Source of the DNA: Flavobacteriales bacterium | GTDB lineage: Bacteria > Bacteroidota > Bacteroidia > Flavobacteriales > UBA7312 | Assembly (NCBI GenBank): GCA_965661345.1 | Contig: CBFIDK010000004.1 | Location: forward strand, 7,503-71,502 | Length of the DNA stretch: 64,000 bases | Direction of reading: 5' to 3' | Shown here: one piece after another, positions 9,178 to 17,730 of the stretch | Layout of the letters: every line of letters starts with the position of its first letter | How positions within the stretch are numbered: position 1 is the stretch's first letter | Translations under genes and position numbers: made by a program | Notes under the pieces: generated by a model | The model's database searches: none | The model's input: only the letters and a program-made list of their open reading frames with translations | Told to the model about the DNA's origin: nothing

Positions 9178-10062
9178 ATGTTAGGAAAACAAATATCGGA
9201 TATGATGATCAAGCCAGGAAAAGCCCCTGTTTTTGAAACGCCAGACAAATATAATTTAGATTATGAAAATGTAACGTTTAAAACAAAAGATAACGTCATA
9301 TTATCTGGATGGTTAATAAAAGGTAGAAATGAAAAACTTATCATTCAATCTCATTTTGGTGTTCAGTGTTCAAGATGTGGTTTTACAATTGAGGGAAAAG
9401 GATTAATGGAGCGTATGCTTTGGTCAAAAGACATACATTTTTTAAATCAAGCAAGCTATTTAGCAGAAGCAGGTTATTCTGTCTTAATGTATGACTTAAG
9501 AAATCATGGTCAAAGTCAAGAGGGAACTAATAAATGGATTACTTGGGGATTAGATGAAAGATTGGATGTATTAGCTGCAATAGATTTTATTTCTAATCAT
9601 AAAGAATATAAGAATACAAAAATAGGCCTACTAAGCATTTGTATGGGAGCTGCTTCTTCTACTTTTGCATTTGGAATGGAAAAAGAAATGAAAAATTTCA
9701 AGAACTTAAAATCAATGATTGCAGTTCAACCATTAACCTATGATTATTTTTTAGAGAACTTAGGGCTTCCAAAATTTATTTTAAATTCCGGAAGTAAATA
9801 CAGTAAAAATAATAGAAATACTGATTTAACTGGAGATTCTTTTCTTCCATACGTTAAAGACATATCAATCCCAACAATGATTATTCAAAATCAAAATGAT
9901 CCAATGACTGATATGGATATGGTGCATTCTATTTTTGAAGATTTAATAAACGATAAAGAACTTATATTACTTGATTTAGAAAAGAAAAGAGGCGCAGCAT
10001 ACGACTGGATTGGAAAAAATCCTGAAAAAATTGTAAGTTGGTTTAATAAATTTTGTGTTTAG
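9178..10062 (+). CDS. Alpha/beta-fold hydrolase
   Basis: 294 aa; nucleophile-elbow-like LSICMGAAS context; overall hydrolase-like layout. Confidence 0.75.
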   Translation: MLGKQISDMMIKPGKAPVFETPDKYNLDYENVTFKTKDNVILSGWLIKGRNEKLIIQSHFGVQCSRCGFTIEGKGLMERMLWSKDIHFLNQASYLAEAGYSVLMYDLRNHGQSQEGTNKWITWGLDERLDVLAAIDFISNHKEYKNTKIGLLSICMGAASSTFAFGMEKEMKNFKNLKSMIAVQPLTYDYFLENLGLPKFILNSGSKYSKNNRNTDLTGDSFLPYVKDISIPTMIIQNQNDPMTDMDMVHSIFEDLINDKELILLDLEKKRGAAYDWIGKNPEKIVSWFNKFCV

Positions 10063-10064
10063 AT

Positions 10065-10565
10065 ATGGCTTTTTTAACATCAAAATGGATAATTTTTTTA
10101 GTTGTTACTTTACTATTTATTCTGTCATTTACTTTAAAAAAAACAGTTAAAAGTGAAATTTATATTAAGGCTAATAAGCATACAGTATGGAATGTTATAA
10201 CTAATACAAATGATTATGAAAAATGGAATAGTGTATTAACGTTAGTTGATGGTAATATAGGTGAAAGACAAAAAGTAAAATATAACTTTACACAAGAAGA
10301 AGGTAAACAATACGATGTTTCCGTCGTTGTTAAAAAAATCTATCAAGATAGTATCTTAAATCAATGGGGTGGAGCTAAAGGAATAATAACCTATGATCAT
10401 TTTTATTTACTTTCAGAAAAAAACAAACAAACAAAACTGATTATAAAAGAAGATTATAGTGGATTAATGGTCTTATTTTGGAGTCCAAACAAGGTTCAAA
10501 AAGCATATGACAGGTTGATTTTAGACATTAAAAAACAGTCTGAACACTTAGAAAATAATAAATGA
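10065..10565 (+). CDS. SRPBCC (polyketide cyclase/START-like) domain protein with N-terminal TM anchor
   Basis: The track ORF starts at 10053. MAFLTSKWIIFLVV... at 10065 is the more plausible start. SRPBCC-like I.A....VW.V..........W. Confidence 0.65.
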   Translation: MAFLTSKWIIFLVVTLLFILSFTLKKTVKSEIYIKANKHTVWNVITNTNDYEKWNSVLTLVDGNIGERQKVKYNFTQEEGKQYDVSVVVKKIYQDSILNQWGGAKGIITYDHFYLLSEKNKQTKLIIKEDYSGLMVLFWSPNKVQKAYDRLILDIKKQSEHLENNK

Positions 10566-11470
10566 AAAAAATTATAAGATTAAAATCAATAAGTGAGGTT
10601 CACAAGTTCTATAATTTACCTAAACCCAAACATCCGCTTGTTTCTATAATATATTTTGATGAAGGAGTTTTAAATGCTGAGTATGGCGAATATACTTATG
10701 TGTTTGACTTTTTTCAGATTAGTTTAAAAGAAGGGGTTAAAGGAAAATTTGTATACGGAAGAAATACTTATGATTTTGAAGAAGGTACTATGGCTTTTCT
10801 TAAACCTAATCAGTCAATAAAAATTGAAAAAAATAATCTTGTTACAAATAGTGGTGGTTGGATGCTATTGATTCATCCAGATTTATTACTTAAATCAGAG
10901 CTTAGTGATAAGATGAAAAACTATACTTTTTTTTCTTACGATGTTAATGAAGCACTTCATGTTTCTGATGAAGAGAAAATCATTATTAATGAGTTAGTAA
11001 AAAAAATTGAAAGAGAATATTGTCAAAATATAGACAGGCATAGTCAAACATTGATATTGTCCAATATTGAATTATTGTTAAATTATTGTTCTCGTTTTTA
11101 TGATCGTCAGTTTTATACACGCACTAATGTGAATAATAACAAGGTAATTGATTTTGAAAATTTTATACAACAGTATTTTAATAAAGGTCAACAACTTAAA
11201 TTGGGCTTACCTTCCGTTTCAGATTGCGGTATAGCATTAAATATGTCTGCTGGTTATTTGAGTGACTTGTTGAAAAAAGAAACAGGTATTAGCGCTCAAG
11301 AACACATTCATAATTATATTGTTTATAAAGCAAAATACTTGCTTTTAAACTCAAATGATTCTGTAAGTGAAATTGCCTTTCAATTGGGATATAATTACCC
11401 TCAACATTTTAGCAAGCTGTTCAAATCAAAAACAGGTTTAACACCTGTAAATTTTAGAAAATTAAATTAA
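10562..11470 (+). CDS. AraC-family transcriptional regulator
   Basis: 302 aa. C-terminal double HTH: ...GYLSDLLKKETGISAQEHIHNYIVYKAKYLL...SVSEIAFQLGYNYPQHFSKLFKSKTGLTPVNFR. Confidence 0.85.
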   Translation: MKKIIRLKSISEVHKFYNLPKPKHPLVSIIYFDEGVLNAEYGEYTYVFDFFQISLKEGVKGKFVYGRNTYDFEEGTMAFLKPNQSIKIEKNNLVTNSGGWMLLIHPDLLLKSELSDKMKNYTFFSYDVNEALHVSDEEKIIINELVKKIEREYCQNIDRHSQTLILSNIELLLNYCSRFYDRQFYTRTNVNNNKVIDFENFIQQYFNKGQQLKLGLPSVSDCGIALNMSAGYLSDLLKKETGISAQEHIHNYIVYKAKYLLLNSNDSVSEIAFQLGYNYPQHFSKLFKSKTGLTPVNFRKLN

Positions 11471-11474
11471 ACTC

Positions 11475-12587
11475 ATGAAAGTTTTTGGTGTTTTTATTGG
11501 AATTTCTCTATTAATAGTAACATCCTTTGTTGTAATTTTTATTAATACTTATCCATCGTTAGGAGGAAAAAATTCTCGTGCCGATATAAAACGATTCAGT
11601 AATTCAGAAAATTTCTACAATGGTGTTTTTAATAATTTATCTGTGACAAACATGAATATGAGTTTAAGGGACATGATGTCTTTAGGGTTTAAATTTTTAT
11701 TTGATAAGAATAACCGGTTTCCCAAAAAAGAGCCTCCAATAAACTCAATTGATTCTTTTAAAATTAATAATATAAAAGATGATTTTGCAATGATTTGGTT
11801 TGGACATTCTACTTTCTATGTTAAATTAGAAGGTTATCATATTTTACTAGACCCAATGTTTAGTGAAGTTCCAGCACCACTTCCTTTTTTAGGAAATAAA
11901 AGGTTTCAATCTAAATTACCTCTTAATATTGATGATTTACCAGAAATAGATTTCGTTTTTATTTCACACGATCATTATGATCATTTAGATTATAAATCAA
12001 TTCTAAAACTATCGAAAAAAGTTAAACAGTTTTATGTTCCATTAGGTGTGAGTAATCATCTTGTAGAATGGGGTGTTGATATTGATAGAATTATAGAATT
12101 CGATTGGTGGGATTCAAAAGAATTAAACAACCTAAATATTATATTCACTCCTGCTCGACACTACTCTGGAAGAAATATTAATAATCGTTTTTCTAGTTTA
12201 TGGGGCTCGTGGGTAATAAATGGTTTGAATACTAAGTTGTTTTTTAGTGGTGATAGTGGATACGATAGTCATTTTAAAACTATTGGAGATAAATATGGCC
12301 CGTTTGATTATGCGTTAATGGAGTGCGGGCAATACAATAAATTATGGTGTAATATTCATATGATGCCCGAAGAAACTGCTCAAGCTAGCATTGACATTCA
12401 AGCTAAAACAACTTTACCCATACATTGGGGTTCTTTTGCTCTTGCTTTTCATGAATGGAACGAGCCTGTTGAACGATTTACAAAGAAAGCTGATGAGCTA
12501 AATTTAAGTTTTATGGTTCCCAAAGTTGGTGAGATAATTTATAAGAATAATAAATATGAACCAAAAAAATGGTGGATCAATGAATAA
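11475..12587 (+). CDS. MBL-fold metallo-hydrolase with N-terminal TM/signal anchor
   Basis: 370 aa. FISHDHYDHLD (HxHxDH motif). Confidence 0.85.
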   Translation: MKVFGVFIGISLLIVTSFVVIFINTYPSLGGKNSRADIKRFSNSENFYNGVFNNLSVTNMNMSLRDMMSLGFKFLFDKNNRFPKKEPPINSIDSFKINNIKDDFAMIWFGHSTFYVKLEGYHILLDPMFSEVPAPLPFLGNKRFQSKLPLNIDDLPEIDFVFISHDHYDHLDYKSILKLSKKVKQFYVPLGVSNHLVEWGVDIDRIIEFDWWDSKELNNLNIIFTPARHYSGRNINNRFSSLWGSWVINGLNTKLFFSGDSGYDSHFKTIGDKYGPFDYALMECGQYNKLWCNIHMMPEETAQASIDIQAKTTLPIHWGSFALAFHEWNEPVERFTKKADELNLSFMVPKVGEIIYKNNKYEPKKWWINE

Positions 12588-12620
12588 ACACTAGATGATT
12601 TAACATAATTATTGACATAA

Positions 12621-12739
12621 CCATTTGTTATTTAATCTCAATAAAAGAATTATAAGACATTGTGAGAAAAAAAGCGGAAAACTATCTCAGAATGAGATGG
12701 ATTCCGCTTTGGTGGACCTAAGCGTCTTTATTTCGAACT
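12621..12739 (-). repeat. tRNA-Val terminator/att-like repeat, copy R3, including a ~45-nt relic of the recombinase 3' end
   Basis: CCATTTGTTATTTAATCTCAATAAAAGAATTATAAGACATTGTGAGAA aligns without gaps to 20402-20449 (end of the recombinase ORF). It is followed by AAAAAGCGGAAAACTATCTCAGAATGAGATGGATTCCGCTTTGGTGGACCTAAGCGTCTTTATTTCGAAC. Confidence 0.85.
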
Positions 12740-12747
12740 TCTATTAT

Positions 12748-12776
12748 AAAGCCCCAAGCATTTAGCTTGGGGCTTT
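12748..12776. terminator. Bidirectional-looking rho-independent terminator
   Basis: AAAGCCCCAAGC-ATTT-AGCTTGGGGCTTT perfect hairpin. Confidence 0.6.
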
Positions 12777-12800
12777 TAAATTTAAAATATTTCGATTCTT

Positions 12801-13115
12801 TTATTGAAGCACCATTTTACTGTTGACATTTCCTTTGTCTGAACTTATCTCTAAAAAGTAAACACCTTTAGGTTTATCAGTCATTTTTAACTCGTAGCTG
12901 TATGATCCGTTAAAGTCAAACAATTCTTCATTAAAAATCTCCTCTCCTATGACATTGACTACTTTAATAATTATAGATTGTATTTCTTTTGAACTGAATG
13001 ATATGTTAAAAATATCTCTTGTTGGATTAGGATAAATGTTTAAATCAGAAACAATATCAGATTCTAATCTTGCTCCACCTAGAGTGTATTCAACTGACGA
13101 TGAGAAGATAGCCAC
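12801..13115 (-). pseudogene. Relic consisting only of a T9SS type-A C-terminal sorting domain (N-terminal passenger missing)
   Basis: ...LNIYPNPTRDIFNISF...KGVYFLEISSDKGNVNSKMVLQ* is a Por secretion tail. The 104-aa ORF has no signal peptide or passenger domain. Confidence 0.55.
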
Positions 13116-13185
13116 ACTAATATTAGTTATTCTTTATTTGATATTAAAAACTAAGCCATTAAACTTAGTTAAGAATGATTATAAA

Positions 13186-13434
13186 ATGGAAAATGAAATA
13201 AAATTATACATTGATCAAAACCTACCTAATGTTACCATTGTCAAATTATTAGATGTATTTAACATATCCAATGCTGAGTTATACAAAGCTATGAGGAATG
13301 AGAAGCCAGGCCATTATATCCGAACTAAACGTTTGGAAAAACTTAAAGAGGCTAAGTTAAACTCTAAATCTATTGAAGAGGCTAGTTCTTTAACAGGTTT
13401 CTCAATTAGTTATTTAAAGAAAATTTACACTTGA
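13186..13434 (+). CDS. Small stand-alone AraC-type HTH protein
   Basis: Internal Met of track ORF 13036-13434: MENEIKLYIDQNL...ISNAELYKAMRNEKPGHYIRTKRLEKLKEA...IEEASSLTGFSISYLKKIY. Confidence 0.45.
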   Translation: MENEIKLYIDQNLPNVTIVKLLDVFNISNAELYKAMRNEKPGHYIRTKRLEKLKEAKLNSKSIEEASSLTGFSISYLKKIYT

Positions 13435-13662
13435 TGAAAATCATGAAACATCAAATGTAGATATCGGAAATCATTGTTCAGACCCTTATGACTTTGATTT
13501 TAAAGGAACCTGTTAGAAACACATTCTTGACTACTCGATTTTTAATATTTCAAGATTAAATAAGGACAAGAAGTTCGATTTATTTAATCAAGGTCGACTA
13601 ACTTTTTACATTTTACTTGCTGTTATTAAAATAAACTGTAATTTTGCAAGTGATTACTCACT

Positions 13663-14187
13663 ATGACTGAAAAACAAGAAAAGATCATTGAAGCGGCTCT
13701 GGAATTATTTTCAAAGAATGGTTTTCATGCTACCTCAACCAGCAAAGTAGCAAAGCATGCCGGGGTGTCTGAAGGACTTATCTTTCGTCATTTTGAGAAT
13801 AAAAACGGCTTATTAACTGCCATTGCTAAAATGGCAGAAGAAAAAATGGGTGGTGTTTTTTATAGTGTCATCACAGAAAGTGACCCTAAAAAACAAATCC
13901 GCCTCTTCCTTGAAATGCCTTTCGAAATTAAAGAGGAAGATAAAGAGTTTTGGAGACTTCAGTTTAAATTAAAGTGGGAGCTAAACACCCATAGTAAAGA
14001 TAAAATGAAGCCTATTACAGATGCGCTGACTATTGCACTCCAAAAGCTGGGGTACAAATCGCCAGAGATGGAGGCTCACTTCCTTTTGTTTTTTGTGGAA
14101 GGAATCTCTACCTCTATATTAAGAAAAAGCATGCGTCTTGATCAAAAGGAAGTTATATCCTTCCTTATTAATAAATATGACTTGTAA
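13663..14187 (+). CDS. TetR/AcrR-family transcriptional regulator
   Basis: 174 aa. IIEAALELFSKNGFHATSTSKVAKHAGVSEGLIFRHFENK HTH. Confidence 0.9.
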   Translation: MTEKQEKIIEAALELFSKNGFHATSTSKVAKHAGVSEGLIFRHFENKNGLLTAIAKMAEEKMGGVFYSVITESDPKKQIRLFLEMPFEIKEEDKEFWRLQFKLKWELNTHSKDKMKPITDALTIALQKLGYKSPEMEAHFLLFFVEGISTSILRKSMRLDQKEVISFLINKYDL

Positions 14188-14234
14188 AAAATTTAAACTT
14201 AAAGTAAGTAAGTAATCACTAATAAAAGCAAAAA

Positions 14235-14735
14235 ATGGAACTATTAAAACTCGCAATCGACTGGGCAAAAACAGAAATCTTTTCATCAACTTTCTTTGTT
14301 GTTTTTGGCATCCTCTTTTTATTGGCAAGCCTAGGGTTTTGGCAATTTGGTAAAACTGATTTAGCAAAAGCCTATATAATACCAAGCTTAGTAGCTGCTG
14401 TTTTGCTATTAATCATAGGAAGCGGATTAATTTATAGCAACCTATCCAGAGTAAATAGCTTTCCAAACGATTATAGACAGGATGCTGTGAGCTTTGTAGA
14501 ATCAGAAATTGACCGCACTGAAAAGACTTTAAAAGGTTATAAAAATGTATTTGTTATCATCCCGTTAATCATCGCTATCTGTGCCTTGTTAATGATCTTT
14601 TTCGACTCAGCAGTTTGGAGAGCAAGCTTGATAACAACCATTGCGATGATGTCTGTCATTTTATTGATAGACGGCAATGCCGGGTCTAGGATTGAGGCCT
14701 ACCATAAGCAGTTATTATTAATTAAGGAAAAATAA
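14235..14735 (+). CDS. Membrane protein (4 TM), unknown function
   Basis: 166-aa hydrophobic ORF between the TetR and SDR genes. Confidence 0.65.
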   Translation: MELLKLAIDWAKTEIFSSTFFVVFGILFLLASLGFWQFGKTDLAKAYIIPSLVAAVLLLIIGSGLIYSNLSRVNSFPNDYRQDAVSFVESEIDRTEKTLKGYKNVFVIIPLIIAICALLMIFFDSAVWRASLITTIAMMSVILLIDGNAGSRIEAYHKQLLLIKEK

Positions 14736-14741
14736 AGCAAA

Positions 14742-15578
14742 ATGAAAAAAGTAGTTTTAATAACAGGCGCTTCTACCGGAATGGGAAAAGATGCTGCCTT
14801 ACACTTAATTAAAGAAGGGTACATTGTGTATGGCGCTGCGCGTAGACTATCTCATATGGATGACATAGTAGCGAGAGGCGGACACGCTATACAGCTGGAC
14901 ATCCTTGATGAAGCGGCTATCGATGAAGCTGTTCATCGAATTATGGACGAGCAAGGAAGAATTGACATACTGATCAACAATGCGGGCTATGCTGTTTGGG
15001 GAGCCGTTGAAACTGTTTCTATGAAGGATGCTAGGAGACAGTTTGATGTGAACATCTTTGGGCTGGCAAGCCTCACCAAAAAGATCATTCCCATAATGCG
15101 CGCTCAGCAAAGTGGTAAAATCATCAATTTATCCTCTATGGGAGGTCGCATATACTCTCCATTTGGCGCTTGGTATCACGCAACCAAACATGCCTTAGAG
15201 GGCTGGTCAGATTGTTTGCGTATAGAGCTCAAAGAGTTCGGCATCAATGTCATCTTAATAGAGCCAGGAGCAATAAACACTGAGTTTGGAGATGTTATGA
15301 TGAGTGATATGCTTGAAAGAGCCAAAGGAAGTCCTTATGAACAAAAAGTTAGCGCTATGCACAAAGCGTCCTTAGAAGTGTATGAAAAGGGAACTGGATC
15401 GCCTCCATCGGTTATAACAGACCTTATTATTAAGGCTATTAACAGTGCCAAACCAAAAACACGCTATGTAGGTGGCAAGTATGCCAAACCAATGCTATTC
15501 ATTAGAAAATGGTTTGGAGAAAGAGCTTTTGAAATGGCTGTAATGAGCCAAATAAACGCCATAATCAAAAAGAAGTAA
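14742..15578 (+). CDS. Short-chain dehydrogenase/reductase
   Basis: 278 aa. TGASTGMGK cofactor motif, NNAG, catalytic YHATKHALEG (YxxxK). Confidence 0.9.
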   Translation: MKKVVLITGASTGMGKDAALHLIKEGYIVYGAARRLSHMDDIVARGGHAIQLDILDEAAIDEAVHRIMDEQGRIDILINNAGYAVWGAVETVSMKDARRQFDVNIFGLASLTKKIIPIMRAQQSGKIINLSSMGGRIYSPFGAWYHATKHALEGWSDCLRIELKEFGINVILIEPGAINTEFGDVMMSDMLERAKGSPYEQKVSAMHKASLEVYEKGTGSPPSVITDLIIKAINSAKPKTRYVGGKYAKPMLFIRKWFGERAFEMAVMSQINAIIKKK

Positions 15579-15579
15579 A

Positions 15580-16242
15580 ATGAAAGTTATCATTACAGGA
15601 GCCACTGGGATGGTAGGTAAAAGCGTATTGCTGGAATGTTTAGATCACAAAAAGGTTGAAAAAATTCTAGTTGTTAACCGGAAACCTTTAAAAATGAAAC
15701 ACCCAAAAGTAGTAGAGTTAGTTGTTTATGATTTTAATAATATAACTCAGTATCAAGACAGCTTAAGGGATTATGACGCTTGTTTCTTTTGTATGGGTAT
15801 ATCATCAATTGGATTAAACGAATCTACCTATACGGGTGTTACCTATGGTATTACAAAGGCTTTTGCAGACACCCTATTTAAGCTAAATAAAAAAATGGTG
15901 TTCAATTATGTTTCAGGTACTAATACGGACAGTAGTGAGAAAGGCAACAGTATGTGGGCAAGAGTGAAGGGGAAAACAGAAAATTACATTCTTAATAAGG
16001 GCTTTAAGGATGCTTACATGTTTCGCCCTGGCGCCATTGTTCCTGAAAAAGGAATCAAATCCAATACCGTTTGGTACAATGTTTTGTATGTGTTGGCAAG
16101 GCCTTTTTTTCCACTAATGAAAAAAAATAAAAACATTACCACTACTTCCAAGCTTGGGGTAGCCATGATCAATACGGTCTTAAAACCCACTGATCTTAAG
16201 CACTTAGAAAATGTGGATATCAATAGATATGCTGTATTATAA
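15580..16242 (+). CDS. NAD(P)H-binding (atypical SDR/NmrA-like) oxidoreductase
   Basis: 220 aa. MKVIITGATGMVGKSVL Rossmann motif. Confidence 0.8.
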   Translation: MKVIITGATGMVGKSVLLECLDHKKVEKILVVNRKPLKMKHPKVVELVVYDFNNITQYQDSLRDYDACFFCMGISSIGLNESTYTGVTYGITKAFADTLFKLNKKMVFNYVSGTNTDSSEKGNSMWARVKGKTENYILNKGFKDAYMFRPGAIVPEKGIKSNTVWYNVLYVLARPFFPLMKKNKNITTTSKLGVAMINTVLKPTDLKHLENVDINRYAVL

Positions 16243-16674
16243 ATGAATCAAAAAAAAATGATTGGAACAATTGCATGGAGCGTAGTTGGCTTAGCCATTG
16301 TTGGGAGTTGTCTTTTCTTAGGCTTTAGTCCAGAATTTGGCGGTAAACATTCGAAAGAGGATCTTAAGCGGTATGAGCGCTCTGGGAATATTAAAGATGG
16401 TGTGTTTCAGAATAAGACTACCACTAAAATGGACATGAGTATGAAAGACATGGCCTCTATTATGAAAGAGTTTCTTTCGAAAAAAGGAGAGAAAACTCCC
16501 GATCGTGAACCTCCATTTAAAAAAGTTGACTCAACCTTATTAGCTGATTCTTATGACGACTTTTCTTTTGTCTGTTTTGGACATTCTACCTTTTTTCTTA
16601 AAATGGGGCAAAAGAAAATACTTTTAGACCCTATGTTTAGCAATGTTCCTGCTCCACTTTTTTCCAAGAATTAG
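16243..16674 (+). pseudogene. 3'-truncated paralog of the MBL-fold hydrolase gene at 11475-12587
   Basis: 143 aa, colinear with the N-terminus of the 370-aa protein (FGHSTFFLKMGQKKILLDPMFSNVPAPL vs FGHSTFYVKLEGYHILLDPMFSEVPAPL). It stops before the HxHxDH motif. Confidence 0.7.
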
Positions 16675-16732
16675 CGGTTAGTTTTACTTTATTTATTTCA
16701 AATTATTTGTTTCAAATATAAAAAAGATAATA

Positions 16733-16790
16733 AACTATTACGTCACTAAGTTTATTGGTAGTGATAAGAAAGAGCGGGGTGTTATTCTAT
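16733..16790. repeat. Hairpin repeat family 2, copy A
   Basis: AACTATTACGTCACTAAGTTTATTGGTAGTGATAAGAAAGAGCGGGGTGTTATTCTAT. Related copies at 46303-46365, 47610-47660 and 46787-46840. Confidence 0.75.
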
Positions 16791-16977
16791 AAACTAGATT
16801 TTCACAAAATCATTATAAATAATATTCGCTATTAACCGAACATCTTATTATAAGATTTTGATTTTTTTAAGCAGATAACTTAAATAAAATTTATCTAACT
16901 ATATAAGCCGGGTCTCTCATAAAACTATACTAAAAAACTCTTCTAAGTTAATTTTTTGTTGTTAAAGAACCTCAAAT

Positions 16978-17056
16978 CTTTGTGAGAATAAAAAAAGCGG
17001 AACACTGTCTCAAAATGAGATGGATTCCGCTTTGGTGGTCAATAAGTTTTTTCGAA
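16978..17056 (-). repeat. tRNA-Val terminator/att-like repeat, copy R4 (left boundary of the intact element)
   Basis: 16978-17038 is identical to 20440-20500 (61 bp). It is followed by the stub TCAATAAGTTTTTTCGAA, which resembles the tRNA-Val T-arm/acceptor. Confidence 0.9.
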
Positions 17057-17533
17057 TTAACTTTTGATAACTCTACCTCCAAATAGGATCGCGCCTAACA
17101 ATGCTAATAATATCCCCGTAGATTGTTTGTCATTTTTCGACTTGTCGATCTTAGGCTTATATTTTAGTAACTCTTGATTTAGTGAATGATTCTCAACCAT
17201 CTTTTCTTTTAATCTATATCGATATTCATCTCTTTCATCAACTGCCTTATCAGCTCGCTTCATCTCTAAACCAACTCTGTAGTCTGCTGATTCTCTATCT
17301 TTTAATAATCTAATGTTCTTTTTTTTGAGCGAGTCATTTTCCTCTTTAAGTTTCAATTCATTTTTACTAGGCTCATTTTCTTTGCCATATTTATGCTTGT
17401 AAGTGTCTATAATGCTCAATATAAATTCCGAAAGTGTGATGTCGTGAGACTGTGCTATTTTCACTAGCTCGGCTTTTTGTAAGGCACTTACCTTAGTGCT
17501 TAAAGTGATATTTCTGTGTTGATTATTTCTCAT
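17057..17533 (-). CDS. Ribbon-helix-helix (CopG/MobC-like) protein with coiled coil and C-terminal TM anchor
   Basis: 158 aa. ITLSTKVSALQKAELVKIAQSHDITLSEFILSIID is RHH-like. K/E-rich coiled coil. C-terminal GILLALLGAILFGG. Confidence 0.6.
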   Translation of the reverse strand: MRNNQHRNITLSTKVSALQKAELVKIAQSHDITLSEFILSIIDTYKHKYGKENEPSKNELKLKEENDSLKKKNIRLLKDRESADYRVGLEMKRADKAVDERDEYRYRLKEKMVENHSLNQELLKYKPKIDKSKNDKQSTGILLALLGAILFGGRVIKS

Positions 17534-17562
17534 ATAATTTAATTTATGCCTTGTTTACCTTG

Positions 17563-17599
17563 GTATACTTAGGTAGACTTCAAGTATACTTAGGTAGAC
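17563..17599. promoter_or_regulatory. Two 16-bp direct repeats GTATACTTAGGTAGAC with 21-bp periodicity
   Basis: 17563-17578 and 17584-17599 are identical. They lie in the divergent intergenic region of element E4. Confidence 0.45.
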
Positions 17600-17718
17600 C
17601 GACTTGTCTTTATTTTTAGCAAGCTCATTTTTATGCTCTTTTTATATAAAATCAAGCTTGTTTATATAGTGTTATATAAAATTTCAACACTAATATTACT
17701 ACAAAATTACTAAAACAT

Positions 17719-17730
17719 TGTAATATTACA
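17719..17730. promoter_or_regulatory. Perfect 12-bp palindrome TGTAATATTACA just upstream of a TACTTTTG -7 box and the 17754 start
   Basis: Read directly from the sequence. Position is operator-like. Confidence 0.4.

Larger units (their letters stand above)
4381..17038. mobile_element. Array of decayed, recombinase-less islets (E1 4.4-8.6 kb, mini-unit 8.6-9.05 kb, E2 9.05-12.7 kb, E3 12.7-17.0 kb) stacked outward from tRNA-Val
   Basis: Intervals are delimited by repeat copies R1, R2, R2', R3 and R4. Recombinase 3'-end relics precede R2, R3 and R4. There is a truncated gene at 16243-16674. Confidence 0.6.

Noticed and set aside
13558-13598. AAATAAGGACA...GTTCGA...AGGTCGAC, resembling a scrambled inverted copy of the repeat stub
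   Set aside because: The matches are short (11 nt and 7 of 8 nt), rearranged and in AT-rich DNA, so they cannot be distinguished from chance by eye.
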